DNA of 64,000 nt from Candidatus Kapaibacterium sp. (lineage in GTDB: Bacteria; Bacteroidota; Ignavibacteria; Kapaibacteriales; NICIL-2): NCBI GenBank assembly GCA_026003475.1, contig BPHJ01000001.1:741189-805188 (forward strand), given 5' to 3'. Positions within the stretch are counted from its first letter, which is position 1. Every line of letters starts with the position of its first letter. Under the pieces are notes generated by a model. That model saw nothing but the letters and a program-made list of their open reading frames with translations. It was not told where the DNA came from and did not search any database. Shown piece by piece: positions 37,935 to 47,020 of this stretch. Both the position numbers and the translations under genes were made by a program.

Positions 37935-40016
37935 TCATGGTATTGCTGCCGAGGTTGTGAGGGTTGTTGCTTTTCGCAGGAACGAGACAAACTCTTCCTC
38001 ACTGGCGGTGTACGTGCTCGTTGCAATCACCGCACCACTGGGGTCCATGATGACGTAAAATGGAAGCAAGGTTGAGCCGAAGCGCTCTTGCTGGTACCGT
38101 TTGTAGAATGCATCCTGCGGGTTATTGCGGCGGTCGGTGAATGCACGAACCAAGATCATGCGGTCCATCAATGCTCGAACAGAGGGCTTTGTGAACATGT
38201 TTTTTTCCATCCAGCGGCAATTGGTGCAACTGACTCCCGTGAAATCAACAAAGACCGGGGTGTTCGATTCTTTTGCTTGACGGAGTGCAGCATCGAGGTT
38301 CTCGGTCCACTTGCCCAGAACTGTCGCTGTTGTTGGTGAGGGTGCATGGTTGGATAATTGCGTTACTGGTCGCTCGGATTCAACGTACACAAACGATTCG
38401 AAGGGACCAACCGATCCGCCGAACATTCCCTGCACCATGTAGAGTGCCAGTGCGATGAAGACAGTTGCGATACTGGCCCGGATACCTCCGACGTACTCAA
38501 GTGGGGTATCGAGTTTGGTGCGAAATACTCCCAAAACGTACAGTCCGATCAAGAGGGCACAGCTTGCCCATAAGGCTAACACAAGCTCGCGCGACAGCAT
38601 CTGCAACCCGAGGATACTGTCCACGCGGGCAAAGTAGCTGATGGCGAAAGCAATCTCAATAAATGCGAAGGCAACCTTGAGGTGGTTCATCCAAATCCCC
38701 GAGCGAGGCAGCCGCTGGATGTAGGTGGGGAACAGTGCGAGTGCAAAAAACGGCAATGCAAACACTCCCGCATAGAGAGTCATTGCTATCAGCGGGCGGA
38801 ACCACTCACCACCTGCAGCCATTTTGCCAATCAAGTCAACAAATGGCACCGTACAGGTAAACGAGGTCAGTGAAAAAACCATCCCCATCAGAAAAGATGA
38901 CCGATACCCATGGACACGGGAGGATTCCCGATTGAGCGCGTTTACCCAGCGCGATGGCAAGCGAAGCTCGTACATACCGAAGAGATTCCCGGCGATGACC
39001 AAAAAAAGCAGGGCTAATGCCAGATTCAGCCAGGGGTTCGTTGCAATATCACGACCTGCTGTCGCACCGAAGAAGAATGCTGCGATGGCACCAAAGACGA
39101 TGAACGTGCTCATGATGCCGAACGAGTAAACGACAGAATCGAGAACCGGGCGGGTATGCTCTTTCTCGGCGCGCTTCGTGAAAAAGGATACGGTGATTGG
39201 GATCATCGGATAGACACAGGGCATCAACCATGATCCAACGCCTAAGGCAACTGCAAGCAGTAACAATCCTGCCCATGAGGAGGACTGTTGCTCGTCTCCT
39301 GTTGTGGCCGGTGTCGCCGAGGGTGTCGGCTGGCGTATGGTCCCAGCAGCAGTATTGCTAATGGCCGGAGAGTTTATCGTTGGTGTTACTGCTGCGTCAG
39401 TTTGGGGGAGCATGCCAGTGGAAGCACGCACATCGAGGGTGAAAGGGAGAAGGATTTCCTCTGGTGGCAGACAATTTTGGGATGTGCAGAGTTGATGATA
39501 GATGCGGAGCGTGTCACGGAAGGTACCGGCTGACTTTGCTGTGACCAGAAATGGAAGCGTAAAGCGCACCGTGCCCTTGAGTTTTTCGACCGAGATTTCG
39601 AATGCCGAGTCGTACTCCACGTGGGGGGCTGGGCTGATTCGTATGCGATGACCGAGCAGATGGAGCACGTTGAGCGTTGTTGAAAATTCCGTTCGCTGGG
39701 GGCCAATGCCGTCTGCGGTCAAGTACTCTTTGATACCGTACGTATGCCATCCCTTTTCGATACGAACGGTGACAGGGATGAGCACGGTATCACCCTGGTG
39801 TGCAGTGAGCCGAGACGCTTCCAGCGACCATGTAGCAGGGTAGTCGCGTCCACTTGCGCGCGCATGCGGGGGCAGTACTCCAAGTGCAATTGTTAAGCTT
39901 GCTGCAAGGACAAGAGCAGCGGGCTGTGTCAGTGATAAGGCAATTGTCCGGAATCCAGAGAACCTAAGATGAACGAGCATATCCTTGGTCGGTTGGACAG
40001 TGTTCGAACGAAGCAT
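37935..40016 (-). CDS. dsbD: Thiol:disulfide interchange protein DsbD family (N-domain, TM domain, thioredoxin domain)
   Basis: CTSQNCLPP, MPCVYPMIPIT, SFTCTVPF, LPRSGIWM, FTGVSCTNCRWME. Start uncertain (40016 or 39980). Confidence 0.9.
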   Translation of the reverse strand: MLRSNTVQPTKDMLVHLRFSGFRTIALSLTQPAALVLAASLTIALGVLPPHARASGRDYPATWSLEASRLTAHQGDTVLIPVTVRIEKGWHTYGIKEYLTADGIGPQRTEFSTTLNVLHLLGHRIRISPAPHVEYDSAFEISVEKLKGTVRFTLPFLVTAKSAGTFRDTLRIYHQLCTSQNCLPPEEILLPFTLDVRASTGMLPQTDAAVTPTINSPAISNTAAGTIRQPTPSATPATTGDEQQSSSWAGLLLLAVALGVGSWLMPCVYPMIPITVSFFTKRAEKEHTRPVLDSVVYSFGIMSTFIVFGAIAAFFFGATAGRDIATNPWLNLALALLFLVIAGNLFGMYELRLPSRWVNALNRESSRVHGYRSSFLMGMVFSLTSFTCTVPFVDLIGKMAAGGEWFRPLIAMTLYAGVFALPFFALALFPTYIQRLPRSGIWMNHLKVAFAFIEIAFAISYFARVDSILGLQMLSRELVLALWASCALLIGLYVLGVFRTKLDTPLEYVGGIRASIATVFIALALYMVQGMFGGSVGPFESFVYVESERPVTQLSNHAPSPTTATVLGKWTENLDAALRQAKESNTPVFVDFTGVSCTNCRWMEKNMFTKPSVRALMDRMILVRAFTDRRNNPQDAFYKRYQQERFGSTLLPFYVIMDPSGAVIATSTYTASEEEFVSFLRKATTLTTSAAIP

Positions 40017-40106
40017 AGCATGGATCTATTCGCACTCCACAGACGCAAGCACCTGCATTTTCATTTTTCTGCATTCGCAACGAGTTGTACCATCGGCGAC
40101 AATATC

Positions 40107-40286
40107 TACAAGCTTTCAATGGTACCCGACGAGCAAATTCGCAGGATGACTCTGCTGAGAAGTGGAGCGCTCCGGTGGTAGGATGCATGAAAGTTCCCAG
40201 TGATTCGTTCTCAAATTCCAGACTGGATAATCACCGGTGCTCCGAGCTCATCGGTAGAAACACGGATTTTGTGTAGCATGCTTGTA
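40107..40286 (+). ncRNA. Candidate structured non-coding RNA (long imperfect hairpin, 6S-like length)
   Basis: Six nested complementary segments found by eye in the largest intergenic region; G-U pairs favour the + strand. No family match established. Confidence 0.3.
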
Positions 40287-40404
40287 AACAGGACCGGTGA
40301 TCAGTAAGTTTGTAACGAACAGTAGTAGCATTGTGCAACCAACCGGCAGTCCTATCGCGCAACGAGCGTTGATACCGCATGTTGAGTTCAGCTAATCTGT
40401 AGGA

Positions 40405-43400
40405 ATGCACTGTCGCCAATCCGTAAGAGCGTTGCAGCCGTTGGTTGCTGCTATTCTGCTTGTGATCGTCTCGGTTGCTGAAGGCAGAGCAACGCTTCGT
40501 GCATCCCAACCATCCTCCTTCCGAGTGCTCCGCACTAATCAGCAGGAGCTTGTTCTCTACTTCCAGTTGCCGGCGTACCAGCTCGATACAGTGATAACCC
40601 GAGATGGAACCCGAGCGCTTCGCGTTAGCAGCGCTTCTGGTTTCGAGGTACCGCTATCGGACCCGGGTTCTCCGCAGCGTGGGATTCTTTCGGCGATGAT
40701 TGCAATTCCCTCGGTTGCTGCAACATGGACACTACAGCTTACGGGAGTGCAGGAGCGGTGGATCGAGTTGCCAAGTATTCCCTATCCTCGTGCCCGCATT
40801 GGCGATGATGAAAACGTTCAAGAGTACCAGATCGCTGCCGATCGTTATCGCGTGCATCAACTTGCGTCGGTGCAGTGTGCGTATGCGGGTATTTCTCGGG
40901 GGGTGCCATTGGCTCGGCTGAGTGTTCCCGCTGTTGATTACGATGGCACAACGAATCGTACACGAATAATTGAGCAGTGCACTATTCGCATTGTTTTTGC
41001 TCCCTGCTCAGTCACAGCCACGGGTGATGGTTCAATTCCAGTCCTCAATGCTGCTCAGCTCCGCACATGGACAATCCAGCGGAAATCTGCAACTGAACGG
41101 CGACGCCAGCAACCATTTCTCTTCGAAGCGAATGCACCAATGGTCAAAGTCAGCATCGAACAGGAGGGAGTGTATGCTGTCACTGCTGATGATCTGGCAA
41201 AAATTGGTGTCCAGATACCAGCGGCTTTAGTGCCAACGATCAAACTCTATGGCTACGGGGGACAGCCGCTTTCAGAGAAGCCGTCCGATGGCAAACAGAA
41301 TACTCCGATCGAGCAACCACTCATCGTCGAAACTACAAGCGATGGCTCGTTGCGTTCCATTATGTTCTACGCAGCACCGCCACGTGGATTTACCTTCGAC
41401 TCGACGATGAAGCGCTGGCGTCGCTACCAAAACCCCTACACGACAAAGACAAGCTACCTCCTCACCTGGGGAGGGACTCCCGGATTGCGCGCAACGCCAC
41501 AATCTCCCTCTCACGACGAGCCCACACTGCTTCCTCAGTACTTTGTTCAACGGGTATTGCTGGAAACCGACCGCATCAATGCCTATAGCTCACCCAGCGG
41601 TTTGCGTTGGTTCGGCGATCCATTCGACGGTACCACAGGAATCACACTGACCACGCCACTCTACGGGCTTGCACTGAATGCCAGCTCCATGGAGTACACA
41701 ATCTGCGTTGCCCATAAATCCGATGCCGCGGCAACGATTAGCATCAGCGAACATGGGAGTGAAATCAAGCAAATTCCGTTGGCGGGCAAAACAAAGCTCT
41801 ACTCCGAATACGTTTCGATACTCGATACCGCTCGTGTCCCCATTGATCGTGTGGTTGGAGATCAGCGGGCTGTGTTACGGCTGCGCTATCTGTCGCCGAA
41901 TCCGTTGGCGACAGGTTCTCTTGACTACGTTGAAATTGCGTATCCAGCTCTCTTCATTGCAAACGACGATGAACTGCACGTGTACACCGAGCCAACTGAG
42001 CATGGAGTCGCGCTTGTTTCGGTCAGCGGGTTCCGGAGTCGTCCGCTGTGCTTTGATGTGACCAATCCAGCGCAACCGCAGCTGTGTGCTAATGTTTCGA
42101 TCACCGAGCAACAAGCGACAATTCAAGTTCACCTCGATAGTGCATCGCAAGTTGTGCAACCACGGCAGTTCTTTTTCAGCGCAAAGCGTCGGAAAGCTGA
42201 GCTCACAAAAGTTGATGCCGGACGTGTGCGTGATAACACCATCGAAGCGGACATGGTAGTCGTGGCACCTATGGCGTTCATCGAAAGTGCAACAGCATAC
42301 GCGACCTATCGCCAGCAACAGTCTGGGCTGAACGTCGTCGTCATGCCGGTCGAGCACATTTACACCGGGTTTGCCGCAGGAATGCCTGATCCAACAGCGA
42401 TCCGTGATTTCATCAGTTTTGCATACTTCAACTGGCGGAAACGCCCACAGTACGTGCTCTTCTGGGGCGATGGCCACTATGATTACCGCGGTTTGGTAAC
42501 GACGACACCGAATTGGATCCCGCCGTACCAGAACGACAATGTCGAAAGCGAAATCGGACGTGCCTTCGATTGGTCGTATGCCGACGATAGCTACGCGACG
42601 GAAGACTATTTCGGTTGCGTCGATGGTGACGATCCAATCATGGATATTGCTATCGGGCGCTTGACGATCAGCAGTGAGCAGATGGGACAGGCGACTTTAT
42701 CGAAAATCGCCAGCTACGAGCGAGCGTCAGCATCGGATAGTTGGGCTATTACCGCGACACTTGTTGCTGACGACGGACCGACATCAAATGGTCGTAGTGA
42801 TGGTTCGCTCCATGTTTCGTCGTCCGAGCGTATTTCCCGAAAGATCGAAAGCGTACTGCCGGGCTTGATTCAGCGCAAAGTGTATCTGCCAGAATACCCG
42901 CTCCAGTTAGGGGGAAGTGGGAACCGAAAGCCGGGTGCAACCGAGGCGATGCTTTCGATCATCAATGGGCAGGGGACACTGCTTCTTCAGTGGATCGGCC
43001 ATGGCAATCCACGAGTGTGGGCGCATGAAGAAGTCTTCGATCGGGATAAAACCATCACTTTGATGCGAAACCAGTCCAAACTCTTTTTCCTTGTCGCTGC
43101 AACGTGTGACTTTGCTCGTTTTGATCTGACCGACACTCAAAGCGGCGCCGAAAAGCTGCTCGAATGGGAATACGGCGGCGCAATCGGGGTTTTTTCCGCA
43201 ACACGGGTTGTGTACACCATTGCCAACGAATGGATTAGCCTCCGATTTTACGAAGAACTCTCCAAGCGGACAAACGATGGTAAACGGCGAACGTTGGGAG
43301 ACGTCCTGTTGGGTATCAAGCTGACCGAATATGGAAGTAACGACCGGCGCTATTTCCTTCTTGGCGACCCAGCTTTGCGGTTGAAGCTGCCAGATCTGAC

Positions 43401-44487
43401 CGTGCAGGTTGATTCAATTTCCCATTTTCCAATTCGTGATACAAGCGTAACTGCGTGTGCGCTGGAGCAAATCACTCTCAGTGGAAGCATCCGCGATCCT
43501 ATCACCAATGAACCCGCCGATCAGTTCGATGGTGTGGCAGTGGTATCGTTGTTCGACGCCGATGTTGTGATGCAAATTCAGGACCCAGCTGAACTTGCCT
43601 TGGGGTACACGACAACGTATCAGTTTTGGAAGACGGGGGGCATGCTCCACCGCGGCGCGTATCCGGTACACGATGGGCAATTCCACGCATCCTTTACAAT
43701 TCCAAAGGATGCGACGCTGAGCGAGAATCCGTGCCGGTTGCATGTTTGGACATCGCGCGATGATCAAAAGCAAACAGGATTCGGCTCAACTCGTGCGCTT
43801 CGAGTAAATTGTGTACAGATTGCCTCGGTCGAAGATCGCGATGGACCAGAGATTACGATTTATCTTGATTCACGGAATTTTCGATCCGGTGACTTGGTGC
43901 GATCAAATCCTGAACTGATTGTTGATCTTCGCGATGAAACGGGTATCAACTCGACCGGGATTGGTGTCGGGCACAAGATTGAAGCATGGGTGGACGATAA
44001 TGTCGAAGCCGTGGACTTGACCGAGTACTTCGAGCCATCGCTCGATGATTCGCGGCGTGGAACTGCCAAACGACAGCTTTTTGGACTATCGCCCGGTTCC
44101 CATACAATCACTGTCCGTGCATGGGACGTGCTCAACAATTTCTCGATTGCTCGGGTCGGTTTTATCGTTTCACCAAACGATTCAATCATCGAAACCGGAA
44201 GAGTCGAGATTTACCCCCAGCCGTTTAGCGACCGTGTTGTGATCATGTACAACCACAACCAGTCTTCGCCGGCAACTGTGCGCATTGCCATCACGCAGAT
44301 TGACGGACGGCTTGTCTTCGAGCAATCATTGATTCGCGCCGACGTTCATAGCACTCGCTTTGAATGGGATGGCCGAACAACCGATGGAACGACACTACCG
44401 GCTGGAGTATATCCGCTGGTTGTCGCGATCGAAAACGAATTTGGCTCACGTACTGTGGTACGTGGTTTACTTGTGAAAATTCAGTAG
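40405..44487 (+). CDS. porU: Type IX secretion system sortase PorU (peptidase C25) with T9SS C-terminal domain
   Basis: Signal peptide, DPTAIRDFI, YVLFWGDGHYDY, IAIGRL, GHGNPRVWAHE/ATCDF catalytic His/Cys, LLGDPAL, DRDGPEI, RAWDVLNN, CTD YPQPF...GVY. TAAGTTTG at 40305-40312. Confidence 0.9.
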   Translation: MHCRQSVRALQPLVAAILLVIVSVAEGRATLRASQPSSFRVLRTNQQELVLYFQLPAYQLDTVITRDGTRALRVSSASGFEVPLSDPGSPQRGILSAMIAIPSVAATWTLQLTGVQERWIELPSIPYPRARIGDDENVQEYQIAADRYRVHQLASVQCAYAGISRGVPLARLSVPAVDYDGTTNRTRIIEQCTIRIVFAPCSVTATGDGSIPVLNAAQLRTWTIQRKSATERRRQQPFLFEANAPMVKVSIEQEGVYAVTADDLAKIGVQIPAALVPTIKLYGYGGQPLSEKPSDGKQNTPIEQPLIVETTSDGSLRSIMFYAAPPRGFTFDSTMKRWRRYQNPYTTKTSYLLTWGGTPGLRATPQSPSHDEPTLLPQYFVQRVLLETDRINAYSSPSGLRWFGDPFDGTTGITLTTPLYGLALNASSMEYTICVAHKSDAAATISISEHGSEIKQIPLAGKTKLYSEYVSILDTARVPIDRVVGDQRAVLRLRYLSPNPLATGSLDYVEIAYPALFIANDDELHVYTEPTEHGVALVSVSGFRSRPLCFDVTNPAQPQLCANVSITEQQATIQVHLDSASQVVQPRQFFFSAKRRKAELTKVDAGRVRDNTIEADMVVVAPMAFIESATAYATYRQQQSGLNVVVMPVEHIYTGFAAGMPDPTAIRDFISFAYFNWRKRPQYVLFWGDGHYDYRGLVTTTPNWIPPYQNDNVESEIGRAFDWSYADDSYATEDYFGCVDGDDPIMDIAIGRLTISSEQMGQATLSKIASYERASASDSWAITATLVADDGPTSNGRSDGSLHVSSSERISRKIESVLPGLIQRKVYLPEYPLQLGGSGNRKPGATEAMLSIINGQGTLLLQWIGHGNPRVWAHEEVFDRDKTITLMRNQSKLFFLVAATCDFARFDLTDTQSGAEKLLEWEYGGAIGVFSATRVVYTIANEWISLRFYEELSKRTNDGKRRTLGDVLLGIKLTEYGSNDRRYFLLGDPALRLKLPDLTVQVDSISHFPIRDTSVTACALEQITLSGSIRDPITNEPADQFDGVAVVSLFDADVVMQIQDPAELALGYTTTYQFWKTGGMLHRGAYPVHDGQFHASFTIPKDATLSENPCRLHVWTSRDDQKQTGFGSTRALRVNCVQIASVEDRDGPEITIYLDSRNFRSGDLVRSNPELIVDLRDETGINSTGIGVGHKIEAWVDDNVEAVDLTEYFEPSLDDSRRGTAKRQLFGLSPGSHTITVRAWDVLNNFSIARVGFIVSPNDSIIETGRVEIYPQPFSDRVVIMYNHNQSSPATVRIAITQIDGRLVFEQSLIRADVHSTRFEWDGRTTDGTTLPAGVYPLVVAIENEFGSRTVVRGLLVKIQ

Positions 44488-44544
44488 CACAACTTTTTGG
44501 AGGATTTGCAATGACACGTAAACTGATGTTGTCGCCGAGCACTG

Positions 44545-45576
44545 ATGCTGGCTGCGATGCTCTGTACCACTGTTGCCTTGTATGGGCAAGCTGGTGGTTC
44601 GGCTGTTCCGTTTCTGCTGATTTCACCTGATGCTCGTGCCAGTGGCATGGGTGAGTGCGGGACAGCAGTGGCTGATAATCTCTATGCCGTTCATTGGAAC
44701 ACCGGAGGTTTGGCCTTCCAGCGGGACCAGCAAGTTGCACTTTCGTTTTCGCGCTGGTTACCACAGTTCAATGCTGATCTGTTCTACAGTTACGGTACAT
44801 ACGGAAGGTACTTCAAAGAGCTCGATGGCATGGTTGCGGTCAACTTCATCTTGATGAACCTTGGCCAATTTGAACGCCGCGATATCAATGGCAACAAACT
44901 CGGAACATTTCGCTCGAACGAGTTTGCCATTGGGTTGTCGTACGGTACGTTGATCGCAGATGACTTGGGCGCAGGCGTTCAACTGCGATACATTCAGTCG
45001 AACCTTGCACCTGCTCAACCGGGACAAACTGCTCCGGGTGTTGGTGTCAGTGGTGGATTCGACTTTGGTTTGCTGTGGAAACCATCCCAACTCGATATCG
45101 CTGGTGCAGATATGGGCGGGAAGCTGGCCGTTGGGCTCAACCTGCAGAATGTCGGACCGAAGATGACCTATCGGAGTGAAGCCGATCCACTCCCGACGAT
45201 GCTCAAACTTGGTGTCGCGGTCAATTTGGTTCGCGATGAATTCAATGATCTGTCTCTGGCTTTCGACCTTGGCAAACTCCTTGTCCGACGTGACCAGTTC
45301 GGTTCCGATCCGTTGCCAAGATCATTTGTAACTGCTTGGCAGAATCCTGGTGTAGAAACAGCTATTGGGATGGAATACTGGTACGAGAAAGTCATTGCTC
45401 TGCGGGCAGGTTATTTTGGTGAGCCGACTCGCATCGGTGGGCGACGGTTCTGGACATTTGGTGCTGGCATTCGGTACGATATTTTCACGCTCGACTTTAG
45501 CTTCATCAACACAATTGAGCAAAATCACCCCCTGGCAAATACGATGCGATTTTCGTTGCTCGTCAACTGGGATTGA
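44545..45576 (+). CDS. porV: Type IX secretion system outer-membrane protein PorV
   Basis: AVPFLLISPDARASGMG, WLPQF, ALRAGYF, HPLANTMRFSL; follows porU. The 5' end is ambiguous (see findings). Confidence 0.9.
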   Translation: MLAAMLCTTVALYGQAGGSAVPFLLISPDARASGMGECGTAVADNLYAVHWNTGGLAFQRDQQVALSFSRWLPQFNADLFYSYGTYGRYFKELDGMVAVNFILMNLGQFERRDINGNKLGTFRSNEFAIGLSYGTLIADDLGAGVQLRYIQSNLAPAQPGQTAPGVGVSGGFDFGLLWKPSQLDIAGADMGGKLAVGLNLQNVGPKMTYRSEADPLPTMLKLGVAVNLVRDEFNDLSLAFDLGKLLVRRDQFGSDPLPRSFVTAWQNPGVETAIGMEYWYEKVIALRAGYFGEPTRIGGRRFWTFGAGIRYDIFTLDFSFINTIEQNHPLANTMRFSLLVNWD

Positions 45577-45645
45577 TTCGTAACTTTGCCATACCGTTTG
45601 TACTGAAGTGTACAAACAAAATGCGCAGGGTGTAGCGTTTATTCG

Positions 45646-47016
45646 CTACGCCCTGTTTATGTATTCGAGTGCATCTTCACGAGTGAGGATGCCCGTTGGG
45701 TAGTTATAGCAGGTTACCAGGAGAGCTTCTTCTGAACACAACCGCTGTTTGAGTTCATCAAAGGGTGCATGGGTATCAATGGTTCCCAGTGGTGCGCTCA
45801 TGTGATCGGTGATCGGGGCTGCAAGCGTTCCAGCGTCCATGAGTACGCTATGGAGAATCGCTTCTTTTTCAGCCGTGCCGAGGACTGTGTGGGAATCCAT
45901 CACAGGTGCACGATCAAGATCGAAACGTGTCAGTGTCTCCAGTGCTTCGGCAACAGTAGCATGCGCAGGAATACTGACCAGCGAGGGCACGAGCGCACGA
46001 TTTCGTTTTCGCTCCAGGATGAGGCCCGCTGTCAGTGTATCATCGAGCTGTATTTGTTGTGAGCGGAGCCATTCTTCGGAATGATGCTTGCTCAGGTATC
46101 GTTCGCCTGTATCGCAAATGATGGTGACGACGCAGGCATCTGCTGGTAACGACCGCGCAACACGAAGTGCAACAGCAACATTCATTCCCGAAGAACCACC
46201 ACAAAAAATCCCTTCTTCTCGGGCCAGTCGCCGTGCAGTTTCAAACGACTCGCGGTCGCTGACAAGCTCGATTTCGTCAATGAGTGCAAGGTCCAAGTTT
46301 GCAGGGATGCGATCTTGTCCCACACCTTCCACCAAGTAAGGAGTTCCTTCGGTGATGGTGCCGGTTTCTTTGTAGGATTTGAGAATAGAACCAATGGGGT
46401 CGGCAGCAATGACCCGGAGTTTGGGATTTTGCTCCTTCAGGTACTGCGCGGTTCCAGTAATCGTGCCGCCGGTACCCATGCCGGCAATAAAGTGGGTGAC
46501 TTGTCCATCGGTCTGGCGCCAAATTTCTGGTCCCGTCGTGCGGTAGTGCGCGTCCGTGTTTGCGGGATTGTCGTATTGATTGAAGAGGACGGAATTCGGA
46601 ATCGTTCGACTCAGTTCAATGGCAATGTTGACGTAGTAGTCTGGCGAGCTGGGTTTGGCAAGAGAGGTAGTGATGATGACATCAGCACCGAGCGCTTTGA
46701 GGTAGCGAATGCGTTCGCTCGATGCCTTGTCTGTTGTTACAAAGAGACAGCGGTATCCCTTGACTGCAGCAGCGAGTGCAATTCCAATGCCGGTGTTGCC
46801 ACTGGTTGCTTCGATGATGAGACCGCCGGGTTTGAGTTTTCCTTCCCGCTCGGCAGCTTCGATCATCGCAATGCCAATGCGGTCCTTGATCGAGCCACCA
46901 GGATTGCGCGTTTCGAGCTTAACAAAAACCGGTGCTGCAATACCTGCTGTGATGCGGTTGAGTTTGACAAGTGGTGTCTGGCCAATCAACTCCAGGACTG
47001 TTGAGTGGAATTCCAT
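45646..47016 (-). CDS. Cystathionine beta-synthase / cysteine synthase family PLP enzyme with C-terminal CBS domains
   Basis: IGQTPLV, NPGGSIKDRIG, TSGNTG, GMGTGGT, VEGVG, GGSSG, DTGERYLSK. Start ATG 47016. Confidence 0.9.
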   Translation of the reverse strand: MEFHSTVLELIGQTPLVKLNRITAGIAAPVFVKLETRNPGGSIKDRIGIAMIEAAEREGKLKPGGLIIEATSGNTGIGIALAAAVKGYRCLFVTTDKASSERIRYLKALGADVIITTSLAKPSSPDYYVNIAIELSRTIPNSVLFNQYDNPANTDAHYRTTGPEIWRQTDGQVTHFIAGMGTGGTITGTAQYLKEQNPKLRVIAADPIGSILKSYKETGTITEGTPYLVEGVGQDRIPANLDLALIDEIELVSDRESFETARRLAREEGIFCGGSSGMNVAVALRVARSLPADACVVTIICDTGERYLSKHHSEEWLRSQQIQLDDTLTAGLILERKRNRALVPSLVSIPAHATVAEALETLTRFDLDRAPVMDSHTVLGTAEKEAILHSVLMDAGTLAAPITDHMSAPLGTIDTHAPFDELKQRLCSEEALLVTCYNYPTGILTREDALEYINRA

Positions 47017-47020
47017 TGCT

